A stretch of DNA of 64,000 nt from Octopus sinensis (taxonomy: Eukaryota). The stretch's first letter is position 1. Each line of letters opens with the position of its first letter. The stretch is from assembly GCF_006345805.1 (NCBI RefSeq), contig NC_042997.1, forward strand, positions 210,490,001 through 210,554,000, read 5' to 3'. Made by a program: the position numbers and the translations under genes. Below are positions 12,619 to 26,840 of the stretch, one piece after another. Under the pieces are notes generated by a model. It ran no database searches. It worked only from the letters and a program-made list of their open reading frames with translations, and had not been told where the DNA came from.

Positions 12619-15195
12619 CTTTAGACAATCCCTACATAACCCATCTCATCCTCCTCCTCCCTCCCCACTGACTTTCATCTCTCTCCCCAGTTTTTTTCCT
12701 TACCCCATCCCCCAAAATGTCTACTTTGTTACTCCCTTTCTACTTCCATCCTCTCAAAACTATAAACCATACCTCACCTCCCATCATCATCATCATCATC
12801 ATTTAATGTCCGTTTTCCATGCTGGCATGAGTCGGACTGTTTGACGGGAGCTGGCAAGGCCGGAGAGCTGCAATGGGCCCCACTGTATCCTTTGGCCTCT
12901 ACGGCTGGATGCCCTTCCGAATGACAACCATTTTACCGAGTGTGTATTGGATGCCTTTTATGTAGCACCAGCACCAGTGAGGTCACCATGCATCTTGCGA
13001 GAGAAAGACCCCTGACTTTATACCAAGTGATGAGAAGTCAGAGTATGACAAAGGGGCAAAAACAAGGGTCCTGCTGTAGAAGAAATACACGGTTACTCAT
13101 CAGAGGGAGGGGGAGGGAGGGATAGAGAGTGAGGGAGGGAGAGAAGGAGAGGGAGGGAGAGAAAGAGAGAGAGAGAGAGAGAGACTTGTAACTTGCTGCA
13201 CAGAGGATCTGACCCTGAAAAGCACATGGTTGTGAAGTGACCCTGCCATTGCTCACAGGGGCAGCCTTTCATGTTTTTTTCCCATTCAAGGAATCTTTAC
13301 AAGCTGTTATAAATAGCTTTATCTAATTTATCTAACATTAAAAACGATTTATTTCACGTCTCTTCAAGTTTCTAAATTCTTGTGACGTAAATAAAACATA
13401 TAAACACACACACACATCTGCACGCACATCAACCTAAAGAGGATGTGGTTTGTTTTCCTGTTGCTTCTTATTCTCCATTGACTCATTTCTGAGATATAGA
13501 TTAAATAACGCCAATGGTTCTTTCATTCTGCCAAAAATTACCATGAAAAACATGGTCAAAGAATTAAGGACAAGCTATTTCACAAGATGCAACTAAACAA
13601 AGGAATATGTCTGCTTCAAAACAAAAGAGAAAGACGACAACATTTGTGAAAGAGCCAGAAATTTATACTCTGCAGTTAAGTCCTTGTTTGGTTAATTTTT
13701 GTTTTCCTCTTTCCGTGAGAGGATTAAACTGGGACAGGAAAACAAGACGAAACTCAAGTATTATTAAATTAAGTTGAAATTTAACAGAAATCTATTTTAG
13801 AAATTAAAGAGGCTACAATAATAGGCTGACGCATCCACAGATCTTCTCTCTGTTTGGCTGTCAATTTTCAATTTCTGTTCAAATTGATTACATATTTGGA
13901 ATAATGATGTAGTTTTACATGCTAATCAATGCCATGAAGGTTCATTTTTGCCATAAATCAATACATAAAGAATTGTTAACTTTTAAATTTTGCAAATTTT
14001 TTGGGGGGTAATTTTAAGCCAATCATAAGCCACAGGCCCATTCATGCCTGTTTCCATAGTAACAGGCCAAACAAGAGAACTCCTTTCTCAGTGAGATAGC
14101 ATGTGTTGATAAATATATTCTACATAAAATGTGCCGATCTGCTTCTTATACTCTGGTCGACAGATATGCTAAAAATAACAGCTAAATAGGCTTTGACTCA
14201 AGGACCCCCAAATTTTTTGTTTTTGGTTTTTGCATAATTGTATGAATTCCTCTGTGTAGAATACAAATTTGCCTAAATTTTCTGAAAATTCGAAGAAATT
14301 AAAAAGTTATGAGAGGAAATATGGCAGGTGTAAGAGCAGAATTTGATTCATTTACAGTTTCATCTTAAAACCTGTGCTATTTTCAGAATGCTGACAACTC
14401 GTGCTGTCATGCAGAAGATGACAACCTCCAAATCCTGTTCTCTGATTGGATGACAGTTATCAAATTTTAAATCTTTATAACTTGTTAAAAATTTTTTCTG
14501 GATAAAGCAAAATATCTCTTGATATTCAGCTTGGAAAACTACATTAATACACCAAATTAAAAAATTTTCAATAAACTTTGAAATTCACAGCTACAGCCAA
14601 ACAGAAAAGACCTGATGACTTTACCTTTCCCCCTTACGGGGTTGATAAAATAAGTACCAGTTACGCACTGGGGTCAATGCATTTGACTCATACTCTCCCC
14701 CAAAACTGCTGCCCTTGTGGAAAAATTTGAAATTATTATTATTGGTGTTATTATCGTTAAGATGGCAAACTGGCAGAACTGCTAACACACTGGGCAAATT
14801 GTTTAGGGGCATTTCATCCATCTGTGTTCCGAGTTCAAATTCCACTGAGGTCAACTTTGCCTTTCATCCTTTTGGGGTGAATAAAATAAGTACCAGTTAA
14901 ACACAGGGGGGGGGGGAATCAACGTAATTGACTTAACTGCTCCCCCCAAATTTCAGGCCCTGTGTCCATAGCAGAAAGGATTATTATTATTATTATTGCT
15001 AACACCACTGATAAAGTGTGTCTGAGTTTCCACAATTAAGTACAACCTCAACACAATTTAGTTTATGAAAAACTTAAACATGAACAATTGCCAGACATCT
15101 TTCCTTCTCTCACATCATCATCATTCTGTTTCCATTGATGGCAACAGTTAGAGCAGAGGCAACCAACCATCAAATTGTACAGAAAAAAAAAATTT

Positions 15196-15545
15196 CAGTT
15201 CTATATTTAAGAGATGAGGAATTATGTACATTATTTACATTTGACGGATATTTGTCCTCAACTTGTTTGTTGATAACATGTTTCGGCTGATATACCCTCC
15301 AGCCTTCAACAGGTGTCTTGGGGAATTTCAAACCTGGGTTCTTATTCCTAAGGTATTTTTTAATGTTATTATTATTCAGGCCCCTGCCTAGAATCGATCT
15401 TGGAATCTTGGGGTTAGTAGCCCATGCTCTTAACCACTATGTCATATGCCCGGGCATATGGCGTAGTGGTTAAGAGCATGGGCTACTCACCCCAAGATTT
15501 CAAGTTCGATTCCAGGCAGTGACATGAATAATGATAATAATGATG

Positions 15546-15587
<42 letters not shown>

Positions 15588-15714
15588 TTGACAAATACCT
15601 TAGGAATGAGAACCCAGGTTCGAAATTTCCCCAAGACACCAGATGAAGGAGGATTTATCAGCCGAAACGTGTTAACAACAAACAAGGTGAGGACAAATAT
15701 CCGTCAAATGTAAA
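15196..15714. mobile_element. Palindromic element: head-to-head tRNA-like heads, (AAT)n spacer and hammerhead-bearing tails
   Basis: Centre catatgccc|gggcatatg (15451/15452); each arm has TGGCGTAGTGG (A-box-like), GTTCGATTCC (B-box-like), then gacacctgatgaaggctg..cagccgaaac-like sequence. Confidence 0.75.
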
Positions 15715-17405
15715 AAATTTTTTCTTTAAATTTTGTTTCTACTTTAATGAGTATGGCATTCTTCAGGGAGCCTTTCTGTTGCGTATGTATTATGTATGTA
15801 ATAATTAAATTATATATTATGCACTTTACCACCTTGATCAGGGTTTGTTATGCATGTGAAACCCTGATCTGTGGAAAATTTGTCTTGTAAGAAAACAGTT
15901 GGTGGTGCCAAAAAGGTTGGAAACTGCTGGGTTAGAGAGTTCAACAGGCTCCAATCGGTTGGAGGACTAAATCCTGTTCCTGTTTTTCATGGTTTCTAAT
16001 GTTTGAGGCCCTTCATAACATCAACCACTTTTTAGTGGTTGATGTCCTGGCACCAGTACTAGTGAGGTTGCCATGTCCTAAGCAAGACAAAATCTCCTTC
16101 AAGCTCTGCAGTGTCACAGCTCCATTCAATTTACCAACCACTTACAGAATGTAGTGAGTGCTTTGTATGTGGCACCAGTACTAGAGGGGTCACCTTGTAG
16201 CTTGCAAGGTGAAAGAGAGACTCACAACTGAAAGAGATTATAGTTTTACATGCGGGTAGCACAGAAAAAGCACTGTTTGAGCATTGGGCCTCATGGAGGT
16301 AGTAACAGGTGACCAAAACCCTTGGTAATATAATGCCAGAAGGCAGTGAGCTGGCAGAATCGTTTGTATGCCGGGCGAAATGCTTAGCGGCATTTCGTCT
16401 GCCGCTACGTTCTGAGTTCAAATTCTGCTGAGATCAACTTTGCCTTTCATCCTTTCGGAGTCAAATAAGTACCAGTTATGCACTGGGGTCGATATAATTG
16501 ACTTAATACCTTTGTCTGTCCTTGTTTGTGCCCTCTATGTTTAGCCCCTTGTGGGCAATACAGAAATAAATATACCGTGCTTGTATTGACCTGTCAAGCC
16601 AAGTGAGATCACAATCACGGCACATAAAAGACAACCCACTACTCTCGGAGTGGTTGGCATTAGGAAGGGCATCCAGCTGTAGAAACTCTGCCAAATGAGA
16701 TTGGAACCTGGTGCAGCCTTCTGGCTTGCCAACCCTCAGTCAAACCATCCAACCCATGCCAGCATGGAAAATGGACGTTAAACGCTGATGATGACTTTGC
16801 CTTTCATTCTTTCGGGGTCAATAAATTAAGTACCAGTTGCATACTGGGATTGATCTAATTGACTGCCCCCCACCTCTACCCCACTCCAAAAGTTTTGGGC
16901 CTTGTGCCCAGAGTAGAAAAGAATATTGAGACATTGGTAAGTTGACTTGCTTAGAAGCAGCAGCTAAAATCTCCCTCAAATCACACTGTCTTAAGGGGAA
17001 GACATAAAAGATAAGGTAGTCATAAATTGTCTGAAAACAAGGAGGATTGGTCATGGTTGGAACGTCTTTGATCATGGATCTGCTTAATTAGGACTGAACC
17101 ACCAGCATAGTGATGTTTGTGAGAAGTGTGTGTGTGTATGTGTGTGGGAAGAGTGTGTGTGGGAGTGTGAGAGATCGTGTGTGGGAGAATGTGTGGTGGG
17201 AATTTGTGGGTGTGAGAGTGTGTGGGTGTGGGAATGTGTGTGTGTGTGTGGGAATGTGTGGGAATGTGTGTGTGCATGCGTATGTGTGTGTGTAAGAGAT
17301 TACAATGAGATTAAATTGTCACAGCAAAATAGTAATGAGGGGGAGGCAGACAGAAGGGAAGAGAGAGAGAAAGACAGAGAGGGAAGTAAAAAGAGAAAGA
17401 GAGAG

Positions 17406-17449
<44 letters not shown>

Positions 17450-18508
17450 ATTTTACTCATTTCAAAATTGCCGTCCATTAAAAACATGTTGAGATAAGAA
17501 AATCAAATAAAACCAGGCACAAAGATAAATAAATTGAGGCGAGAGATAACTGTTCACCCCAAACGATCCTCCTCGTTAGAATGGCCTGAAATATCCTTAT
17601 TATCAGATTGGTGAATATATTGCCTGCTAACATCTAAAATAGCGTCTGTGTGTCACCACAGGCCATAAGGCTTCAATGGAGAACAAGCTAAGTGGTTTAA
17701 CATCCGGGGTTTGAATTTCAGCCTAAATTGTTGAATTGAAGGATTTTACAAATTTATCAGTTTTTATTAAAAAAAGTAGGAAATAGGTGCAGATGTAGCT
17801 GTGTGGTGAGATGTTTGCTTTCCGACCACATGGTTCTTGGTTCAGTCCTACTGTGTGGCATGTTGGGCAAATGTCGCCTTGGGCCACTCAAAGCTTTCTG
17901 AGTAGATTTGGTAGATGGAAACTGAAAGAAGCTTATCTTGTATATGACATATCTATGCCTGTGTTTGTGTGCCCCACCCCCGGTTCAACCGATTGGCAGC
18001 TGGTGTTGGTTTGTTTATGTTCCTGTAACTTAGCAGTCCAGCAAAAGAGACTAATAGAATAGGTAGCAGGCTTGAAAAATTTAGTCCTGGCGGTTAATTC
18101 ATTTGACTAAAGATCTTTCAAGGTGGTGCCCCAGTATGGCCAGAGTCAAATGACTGAAACAAGAGAAAATAGATAGAAGATAAAAATTGGGTTTGTTTTT
18201 ATTTAATTTGGAGGCAAACCAAAAGTTAGGACCATGTCTTGGGACATCACAAACTAGAATCCTTCTTTCTACACCATTCAGGTAACATTTGGCCATTTGA
18301 GACAAACATTTCCATGCCTCAAAGGAATATATTTCTCAATAAAAATTTGAATAGGAATGGATGTGTGGTAAGTAGCTTGCTAACCAACCACATGGTTCCG
18401 GGTTCAGTCCCACTGCGTGGCATCTTGGGCAAGTGTCTTCTGCTATAGCCCCGGGCCGACCAATGCCTTGTGAGTGGATTTGGTAGACGGAAACTGAAAG
18501 AAGCCTGT

Positions 18509-18546
<38 letters not shown>

Positions 18547-18869
18547 CATGTGTGTGTGTGTCTGTGTTTGTCCCTCTAGCATTGCTTGACAACCGATGCT
18601 GGTGTGTTTACGTCCCCGTCACTTAGCGGTTCGGCAAAAGAGACCGATAGAATAAGTACTGGGCTTACAAAGAATAAGTCCCGGGGTCGATTTGCTTGAC
18701 TAAAGGCGGTGCTCCAGCATGGCCGCAGTCAAATGACTGAAACAAGTAAAAGAGTAGTAATTAAACAAATTCTTTCTTGAAATATTCCAAGGCCCACATA
18801 GAGAGCTATAAATAACAGTACAAGAATTAGAAAATTACTATTTGTAAATCTCACAACATGAGATATTCA

Positions 18870-19142
18870 GCAACAGTACTTTGGAGTAAAGATTGTTTGC
18901 CAACATAACATGGCAGTACTGGTTTAGGACAAATGTTGCTGTAATTTAGCCCCAGAAGACATCATTTCCAGCTGGCTATACGACACGATCTATGTCGCTT
19001 GTTTGAAAATATAAGAATACAGACCGTGTCGTATAGCCAGCCAGAGACGATGTCTCCTGGGGCTAAATTACAGCAACATTCGTCCTAAACCAGGACTGCC
19101 ATGTTATGTTGGCAAACAATCTCTACTACAAAGTACTGTTGC
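18870..19142. mobile_element. Foldback/MITE-like element (same family as 2418-2679)
   Basis: gcaacagtactttggagtaaag...ctctactacaaagtactgttgc inverted arms; shares the left flank ttactatttgtaaatctcacaacatgag with the 2.4-kb copy. Confidence 0.75.
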
Positions 19143-20756
19143 TTTCATATTTTGGCATATGGCCAGCAATTTCAGTGGGAAGGGTGGAAATCAATTATAT
19201 TGACCCCCCTCCCCAGAACTCAACTGGTTTCTTATTTTATTAACTCTGAAAGAAAAACAAGGCAAAGTTGACCTTGGCGGAATTTGAACTCAGAATATAA
19301 TGGCAGCATATAAGTATTAGGTCGAAAATCTCTTTTGGATAGGAAAAAAACATCAAAGGCTGCCAATAGGACTTCAACCCACATCTCTTGTAGACATGAC
19401 AGACGTTCTGCCATTGGAGCAAAGCAGCCCTCTCGTCAACTGAGAGGTCTTTAACATACAAGCTGCCTGGCGCCACATAAACAGCAGCCAGTCCACTCTG
19501 ACATTAGGAAGGGCATCCATCTGCAGAAACCATGCCAAAGCAGACAAATGGAACCTAGTATAGCTCTCTGGTTCACTGGTGCCTATTGAACTGTCCAACC
19601 TATGCCAGGATGGAAAATGGAGATGATGATGATGGTAATGAATTCAATTCCTGTTCTCTTAACTGTTTTATCCTTTTATTCCTTTATTTGTTTCAGTCAT
19701 TTGACTGTGGCCATGCTGGAGCACTACCTTTAGTCAAGCAAATCGACCCCAGGACTTATTCTTTGTAAGCCTAATACTCTATCGGTCTCTTTTTGCTGAG
19801 CCACTAAGTTATGGGGACGTAAACACCCCAACATCGGTTGTCAGGCGATGGACAAACACAGACACACAAACATTTACATATATATATACATTTTTTTTTT
19901 TTACTTGTTTCAGTCATTTGACTGCGGCCATGCTGGAGCACCGCCTTTTAATTGAGCAACTCGACCCCGGGACTTATTCTTTGTAAGCCCAGTACTTATT
20001 CTATCGGTCTCTTTTTGCCGAACCGCTAAGTGACGGGGATGTAAACACACCAGCATCGGTTGTCAAGCAATGCTAGGGGGACAAACACAGACACACAAAT
20101 ACATATATATACACATATATCCGACAGGCTTCTTTCAGTTTCCGTCTACCAAATCCACTCACAAGGCATTGGTCGGCCCAAGGCTATATCAGAAGACACT
20201 TGCCCAAGGTGCCACGCAGTGGGAATGAACCCAGAACCATGTGGTTGGTAAGCAAGCTATGTACCACACAGCCACTCTTGCACCTATATGATGCCCTTTA
20301 GTGTAAATGACCTGCGGTGGTGAGCTCCCGAATTGGCCATAGACATTTGTGAATGTTGAATTTGACCAGTGGAGTCTGTTTACTTATGAACTTTTGGACG
20401 TATTTGTGTGAGGGAAGTAAAAGACTTTTTTCAAATATAATTAAAAAAAAAATTTTTTTTAATTCAAAAAAAATATTTTATCTGATAAAACTTTTTTAGT
20501 TGGTGGACATTTATTTTTTTAATTTTTATCTTTATTTTATTTTATATTTGTCTCTTAGGTATTTTGGTAGTTTATGAAATTTTAGTTGTTTACATTTAAC
20601 GTTTTGATAAGCCATTCTATTTGTATTTGATTCGATTATTTATTTTTACCTTCTGTGTTTTTATGTATTATCTTTTTATGAGTTTGAAAACCATGGTCTT
20701 TCATAAATGTTTGAGGGGTGTTGTTGTATGTAAAGTCATTGACCCAAATTAAATGC

Positions 20757-20803
<47 letters not shown>

Positions 20804-20884
20804 GACTGGACTGGTGCAGCTTTCGGGCTCCCCAGACCCCAGTTGAACCGTCCAACCCATGCTAGCATGGAAAGCGGACGTTAA

Positions 20885-20926
<42 letters not shown>

Positions 20927-20929
20927 TGA

Positions 20930-20972
<43 letters not shown>

Positions 20973-21888
20973 TTATATATAGGCGCAGGAGTGGCTGTGT
21001 GGTAAGTAGCTTGCTAACCAACCAGATGGTTCCGGGTTCAGTCCCACTGCGTGGCATCTTGGGCAAGTGTCTTCTACTATAGCCCCAGGCCGACCAATGC
21101 CTTGTGAGTGGATTTGGTAGACGGAAACTGAAAGAAGCCTGTTGTATATATGTATATATATATATGTGTGTGTATGTGTTTGTCCCCCTAGCATTGCTTG
21201 ACAACTGATGCTGGTGTGTTTACTTCCCCGTCACTTAGTGGTTCGGCAAAAGAGACCGATAGAATAAGTACTGGGCTTACAAAGAATAGGTCCCGGGGTC
21301 AAGTTGCTTGATTAAAGGCGGTGCTCCAGCATGGCCGCAGTCAAATGACTGAAACAAGTAAAAGAGTAAAAGAGAGTAAAAGATATATATATATATATAT
21401 ATATATACATAAGAATCTTTTGTGTAATGAGATAAAAAAACCAAGGCTGTGTAGAGATTAGAACATTTATAGATAGAAGGTCTTACAGCTGTTTCCAGGA
21501 TATTTGTTATATCCCTTCATCGGAGACGGTGTGAGAGGATGGTTAAGTAATAGTTAGTTTAGATGGGATACAAAACAGAGAGTGGGGTGGAGGAAAGAAA
21601 ATAGAAAATAGATGTGAGATATCCTCACTCGCGATTTCCAGGTTGATTCCCTTCATTTGCACAAAACAATACACAGATATTGTTTTGAGCTGAGTGGGGT
21701 GGGGTGGGGGGGTGATAGATTCCCTTGTTTGAAAATATAAGGACACAGATCGTGTCGTATAGCCAGCTGGAGACGATGTCTCCTGGGGCTAAATTACAGC
21801 AACATTCGTCCTAAACCAGGACTGCCATGTTATGTTGGCATATTCTCTGGATATGACCAGAAAGATAGAATAAAAGAATTAAAAAATG

Positions 21889-21928
<40 letters not shown>

Positions 21929-23759
21929 TGCCCCCCCCACACAACACCACCACCACTGCTGCCTGATAAGGGATGCTTTATAGCCCCTAGCTTAGCAGTT
22001 TGGCAAAAAGAGATCTACAGAATACGTAGCAGGCTTAAATAACCCTAAGTCCTGGTAATCCTTTCATTCAACTAGAAATTCTCCAAGGTGGTGCCCCAGC
22101 ATGGTCACAGCCTGATCATTGGAACAAGTAAAAGATAACAGATATACGCACTTGAAACATATGCGTGCGTGCGCGCATGTGCATACATGTTGTTTCACTC
22201 TGTGGCTGATTTATTGCGTACCAGGTGTGTAACGACTATAACACCACCAGCAATGTCAGGTGTGTGTGAGACTTACTTATCTCTGATATGATTCACCAGG
22301 GTGGATGTTTTGCTCGTCCATCACAGATAATCCAGACATGTCATTCTGCTGGTCAGAGAGGCACGGATATCAAACAATTGGTCACAAAATGTTTAGATTA
22401 AAATTAAGATTAATAAAAGAAAGCACTGAAAAGAACAGGAATGTAGTCCGCGTGGGTGGGGCGTGGGGGGTGGGGCGAATCCGGTGGAACGAGAAGAAAT
22501 ATTTACAACAGCAGGTCTCAACTGTAACCCTCAAGTATCTTTCTGGCGTCTGAGCATGATCATTGCCAGAGTGGCCCTCTGGCCTCTGTGCCGGTGGCAC
22601 GTAAAAGGCACCCTTTGAGCGTGATCGTTACCAGCGTCGCCTAACTGGCACCTGTGCTGGTGGCATAGTGTAAAAGATTCGAGAGAGGTCATTGCCAGTA
22701 CCACCTGACTGGCCCCGTGTCGGTGGCACGTAAAAAGCACCCACTACACCCTCGGAGTGGTTAGCATTAGGAAGGGCATCCAGCTGTAAAAACACTGCCA
22801 GATCAAGATTGGGGCCTGGTGCAGCCATCTGGTTCGCCTGCCCTCAGTCAAAATCGTCCAACCCATGCTAGCATGGAAAGCGGATGTTATACGATGATGA
22901 TGATGATGTAGTGGGGCCTCCTAAGAAAATCCAGGTTTTGGGTATGACCCAAACGCTAAAAGCTTGAGAAGTGCTGATTTAGAACATACTTGATAGAAAC
23001 CAATGAAAATGTCTTGGACAGAACTGAACACAAAAACAGAAAAACTTGTGTAGAGGCAGTGTTCAATAATGGTGTTGTTTAACCCTTGGTCAGACCTGAT
23101 GGAGCATCTATGGTCAATGGCAATCAAGCTATGACAATATTGTTTCTCTTTTTGTCAATCATGGTTTATCTGGGACTACCTTATCCAATGTGACTTTCCT
23201 GTCATGGCTGTTGTTACTGTTTAACCCTAGGTCAGGCCTCATTGAGAAGATATCTATGTTCAAAGATATTCCACTCATGACCACCTCCATTTAATTTATC
23301 TGATGATACAGTAACTGATGCAGTCCTTTCTAAGATGGCAAGGTGTAATCAGAGGGATATTCGGCTGTGATTTTCAGCAGGTTGCACAGACAGGAAATGT
23401 GTGGTTAAGAAATTTGTTTTGCAAATTCCTGTTCAATCCTCTTCTGACACACTTTGACCGTGGGTTGGACAAAGGAAGAGGAGTGAAAATTGGTTGATAT
23501 ATGAAGAGTTACAAACATGTAGAAGTTTAAACCACATGAGCTGCACAGATACTTAAACCACATGAATGCCACATGGCTTGAGAAAGGTCTTGCTCTATAT
23601 TACTGAACTGAAGGCAATCAGTGTGAATTCTACATTATCAGTAGCAGACCATGTAGGAATGGCCATCTGTTGTCGGTGGTACCATATCATGTGGGAATAT
23701 TTAATCTCAAACCAAAGCTTTCTCAATTTTCCACATCTGAAATGTGGCTAATTATAGCT

Positions 23760-23806
23760 GGTGTGTGTGTGTGTGTGTGGGGAGAGAGAGAGAGAGTGAG
23801 AGAGAA

Positions 23807-23837
<31 letters not shown>

Positions 23838-23883
23838 AAAAGAGAGATAGAAAGAGAGAGAGAAAGAGAAAGGGAGAGAAAGA

Positions 23884-23927
<44 letters not shown>

Positions 23928-23944
23928 AAAAGAGAGAGACAGAC

Positions 23945-23982
<38 letters not shown>

Positions 23983-24232
23983 AGAGAGAAAGAGAGGGAG
24001 ATAGAGAGAGACAGACAGAAGCAGAGACAGATAGACAGACAGAGACAGAGAAAGGGAGACAGACAGAGAAAGAGAGAGAGAGAGAGAGGGAGATAGAGAG
24101 AGACAGACAGAAGCAGAGACAGATAGACAGACAGAGACAGAGAAAGGGAGACAGACAGAGAAAGAGAGAGAGATAGAGAGAGACAGACAGAAGCAGAGAC
24201 AGATAGACAGAGATAGACACAGAGAGAGAGAT

Positions 24233-24272
<40 letters not shown>
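23760..24272. repeat. (GA)n/(GACA)n compound microsatellite with ~80-bp internal duplications
   Basis: Directly visible. Confidence 0.95.
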
Positions 24273-24276
<4 letters not shown>

Positions 24277-25147
24277 CCCATGGTGAATGTTTTGCTCATC
24301 CATCACACATAATCCAGACATGTCGTTATGTGGTCTTCATTGTTATTTAATTAATTTATTAATCACAACAATGACAGCAGTTTATTATTAATTGATGTCT
24401 GACCTCATCCATTGCTCTTGTCCCCCTTGAACACGGGTGTGGCCCAGTTGTATTGTATGTGTTAGACAATAATATTGTTTTCAAATTCTGGCACAAGGCC
24501 AGCAATTTTAGGGGAGGAGGTGGAGTCGATTACTTTGACCTCAGTTCTCAACTGGTACTTATTTTATCGACCCGGAAAGGGATGAAAGGCGAAGTCGACC
24601 TCAGCAGTATTTGAACTCAGGACATAAAAACATGAAAAACTGCCAAGTATTCTGTCCATGATGCTAACGATTCTGCCCAATCACTGCCTGGAAATACTGC
24701 ATTTTAATTTGTCTGACACGCTAACGATTCTACTAAACAACCACCTTCTATATAACGATTATTAACACTGAATTTTCATTGCACCGACAGATACAAGTAT
24801 ACACATACACGTGTTCTTTCATGCTCTTTTATTTGTTTCAGTCATTTGACTGCAGCCATGCTGGAGCACCACCTTTAGTCGAACAAACTGACCCCAGGAC
24901 TTATTCTTTGTAAGCCTAGTACTAAGTCTATTGGTCACTTTTGCCGAGACGCTAAGTTACAGGGACATAAACACACCAACATTGGTCATCAAGCGATGGT
25001 GGGGCAGAGAAATACAGACACAAATGCATACACACACACACACACCAAATCCACTGACAAGGCTTTGGTCAGCCTGAGGCTAGAGTAGAAGATGCTTACC
25101 ATGCTCCTGTCAAACCATCCAACCCATGCCAGCAGGGAAAAGGGATA

Positions 25148-25625
25148 CAGTTCTATATTTAAGAGATGAGGACTTATATACATTATTTACATTTGACAGA
25201 TATTTGTCCTCATCTTGTTTGTTGTTAACACAACATTTCGGCTGATATACCCTCCAGCCTTCATCAGGTGTCTTGGGGAAATTTCGAACCTGGGTTCTCA
25301 TTCCTAAGGTATTTTTCAATGTTATTATTATTGGAATTGAACTGGGAATCTTGGGGTTAGTAGCCCACGCTTTTAAACACTATGCTGACAGACATATGGT
25401 GTAGTGGTTAAGAGTGTGGGCTACTAATCCCAAGATTCCAAGTTCAATTCCAGGCAGTGACCTCAATAATAATAATAATAACAACAACAACACTGAAAAA
25501 TACCCAGGTTCAAAATTTCCCCAAGACACCCGATGAAGGCTGGAGGGTATATCAGCCGAAACGTTGTGTTAACAACAAACAAGGTGAGGACAAATAACTG
25601 TCAAATGTAAATAATGTAAATAATG
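25148..25625. mobile_element. Second copy of the palindromic tRNA-head/hammerhead element
   Basis: Inverted arms 25148-~25385 and ~25392-25625 with the same modules; the left arm retains CTGATGA, the right arm retains GAAAC-GTT-GTGTT. Confidence 0.75.
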
Positions 25626-26464
25626 GAAAAGGGATGTTAGACGATGATGATGATGAATTTCATACAGAACAACATCATGGCAAGAAACAGAACAAAGGCC
25701 AGCAACATCAAAATCCCTTATTCACCAAAGGTTAAGGATTGTAGGAATAGTACTAATTCTATAGGTGGTGCTGCTCCATCATGGCCACAGATCTTAGGCT
25801 GGAACTATAGAAAAGGAAGAATCTACCAGAGAAATATCTTGATTCCTTTTTTATATGAAATTAGAAACTCTCTCTTTACTCTTTTACTCTTTTATTTGTT
25901 TCAGTCATTTGACTGTGGCCATGCTGGAGCACTGCCTTTAATCGAGCAACTTGACCCCGGGACTTATTCTTTTGTAAGCCCAGTACTTATTCTATCGGTC
26001 TCTTTTGCCGAACCGCTAACTAACGGGGACATAAACACACCAACATCGGTTGTCAAGCAATGCTAGGGGGACAAACACAGACACACGCACATATACATAT
26101 ATACGACAGGCTTCTTTCAGTTTCCATCTACCAAATCCACTCACAAGGCTTTGGTCGGCCCGAGGCTATAGCAGAAGACACTTGCCCAAGGTGCCACGCA
26201 GTGGGACTGAACCCAGAACCATGTGGTTGGTAAACAAGCTACTTACCACACAGCCACTCCTGCGCCTATTCTTTTTTTTCTTATAATTCTTACAAATTTT
26301 GGTAAAAGATTAGCAGTTATACGGGGGGAAGCCAATTACATCGACCCCAGTACTTAACCGGTACCATTTTTTATGAATCTCAAAAAAATTAAAGAAATTT
26401 GACCTTGGTGGAATTTGAACTCAGAACATCAACATCAAAATAAATATCAAATGGAAATTGTAGT

Positions 26465-26840
26465 TGTGTTCCCTGTGCCGGTGGCACGTAAAAAGCACCA
26501 TCAGAACATGGCCGATGCCAGCGCCACCTTGACTGGCTTCTGTGCCAGTGGCACGTAAAAAGCACCAACTAATCGTGGCCACTGCCAGCCTCCCCTGGCC
26601 CCTGTGCCGGTGGCACGTAAAAAGCACCTACTAATCGTGGCCACAGCCAGCCTCCCCTGGCACCTGTGCCAGTGGTATGTAAAAAGCACCCACTAAATTC
26701 ACAGAGTGGTTGGTGTTAGGAAGGGCATCCAGCTGTAGAAACACTGCTAGATCAGACTGGAGCCTGGTGCAACCTCCTGGCTTCCCAGACCCCCGGTCGA
26801 ACCGTCCAACCCGTGCTAGCATGGAAAGCGGACGCTAAAC

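Noticed and set aside
13290-14600. Possible old DNA-transposon remnant
   Set aside because: The texture is suggestive, but I could not identify terminal repeats or a transposase frame.
15455-15525. Functional tRNA genes (here and at the SINE heads)
   Set aside because: The acceptor stems do not pair and each is fused to a repeat body; treated as tRNA-derived heads.
23594-23726. Minus-strand candidate exon CGKLRKLWFEIK..VEFTLIAFSS
   Set aside because: Weak donor, and its phase-2 start does not fit exon 30350; unsupported without RNA data.
22275-24330. Duplicated mini-exon QNDMSGLSVMDEQNIHPGES / HNDMSGLCVMDEQNIHHGGS (minus; ~22280-22352 and ~24275-24330)
   Set aside because: The first copy has a stop just before its donor and the second lacks splice sites; most likely two copies of an interspersed repeat.
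26474-26690. CRISPR array
   Set aside because: Eukaryotic context, no cas genes, mutually related linkers, and the block is part of a multi-copy LINE 3' UTR.
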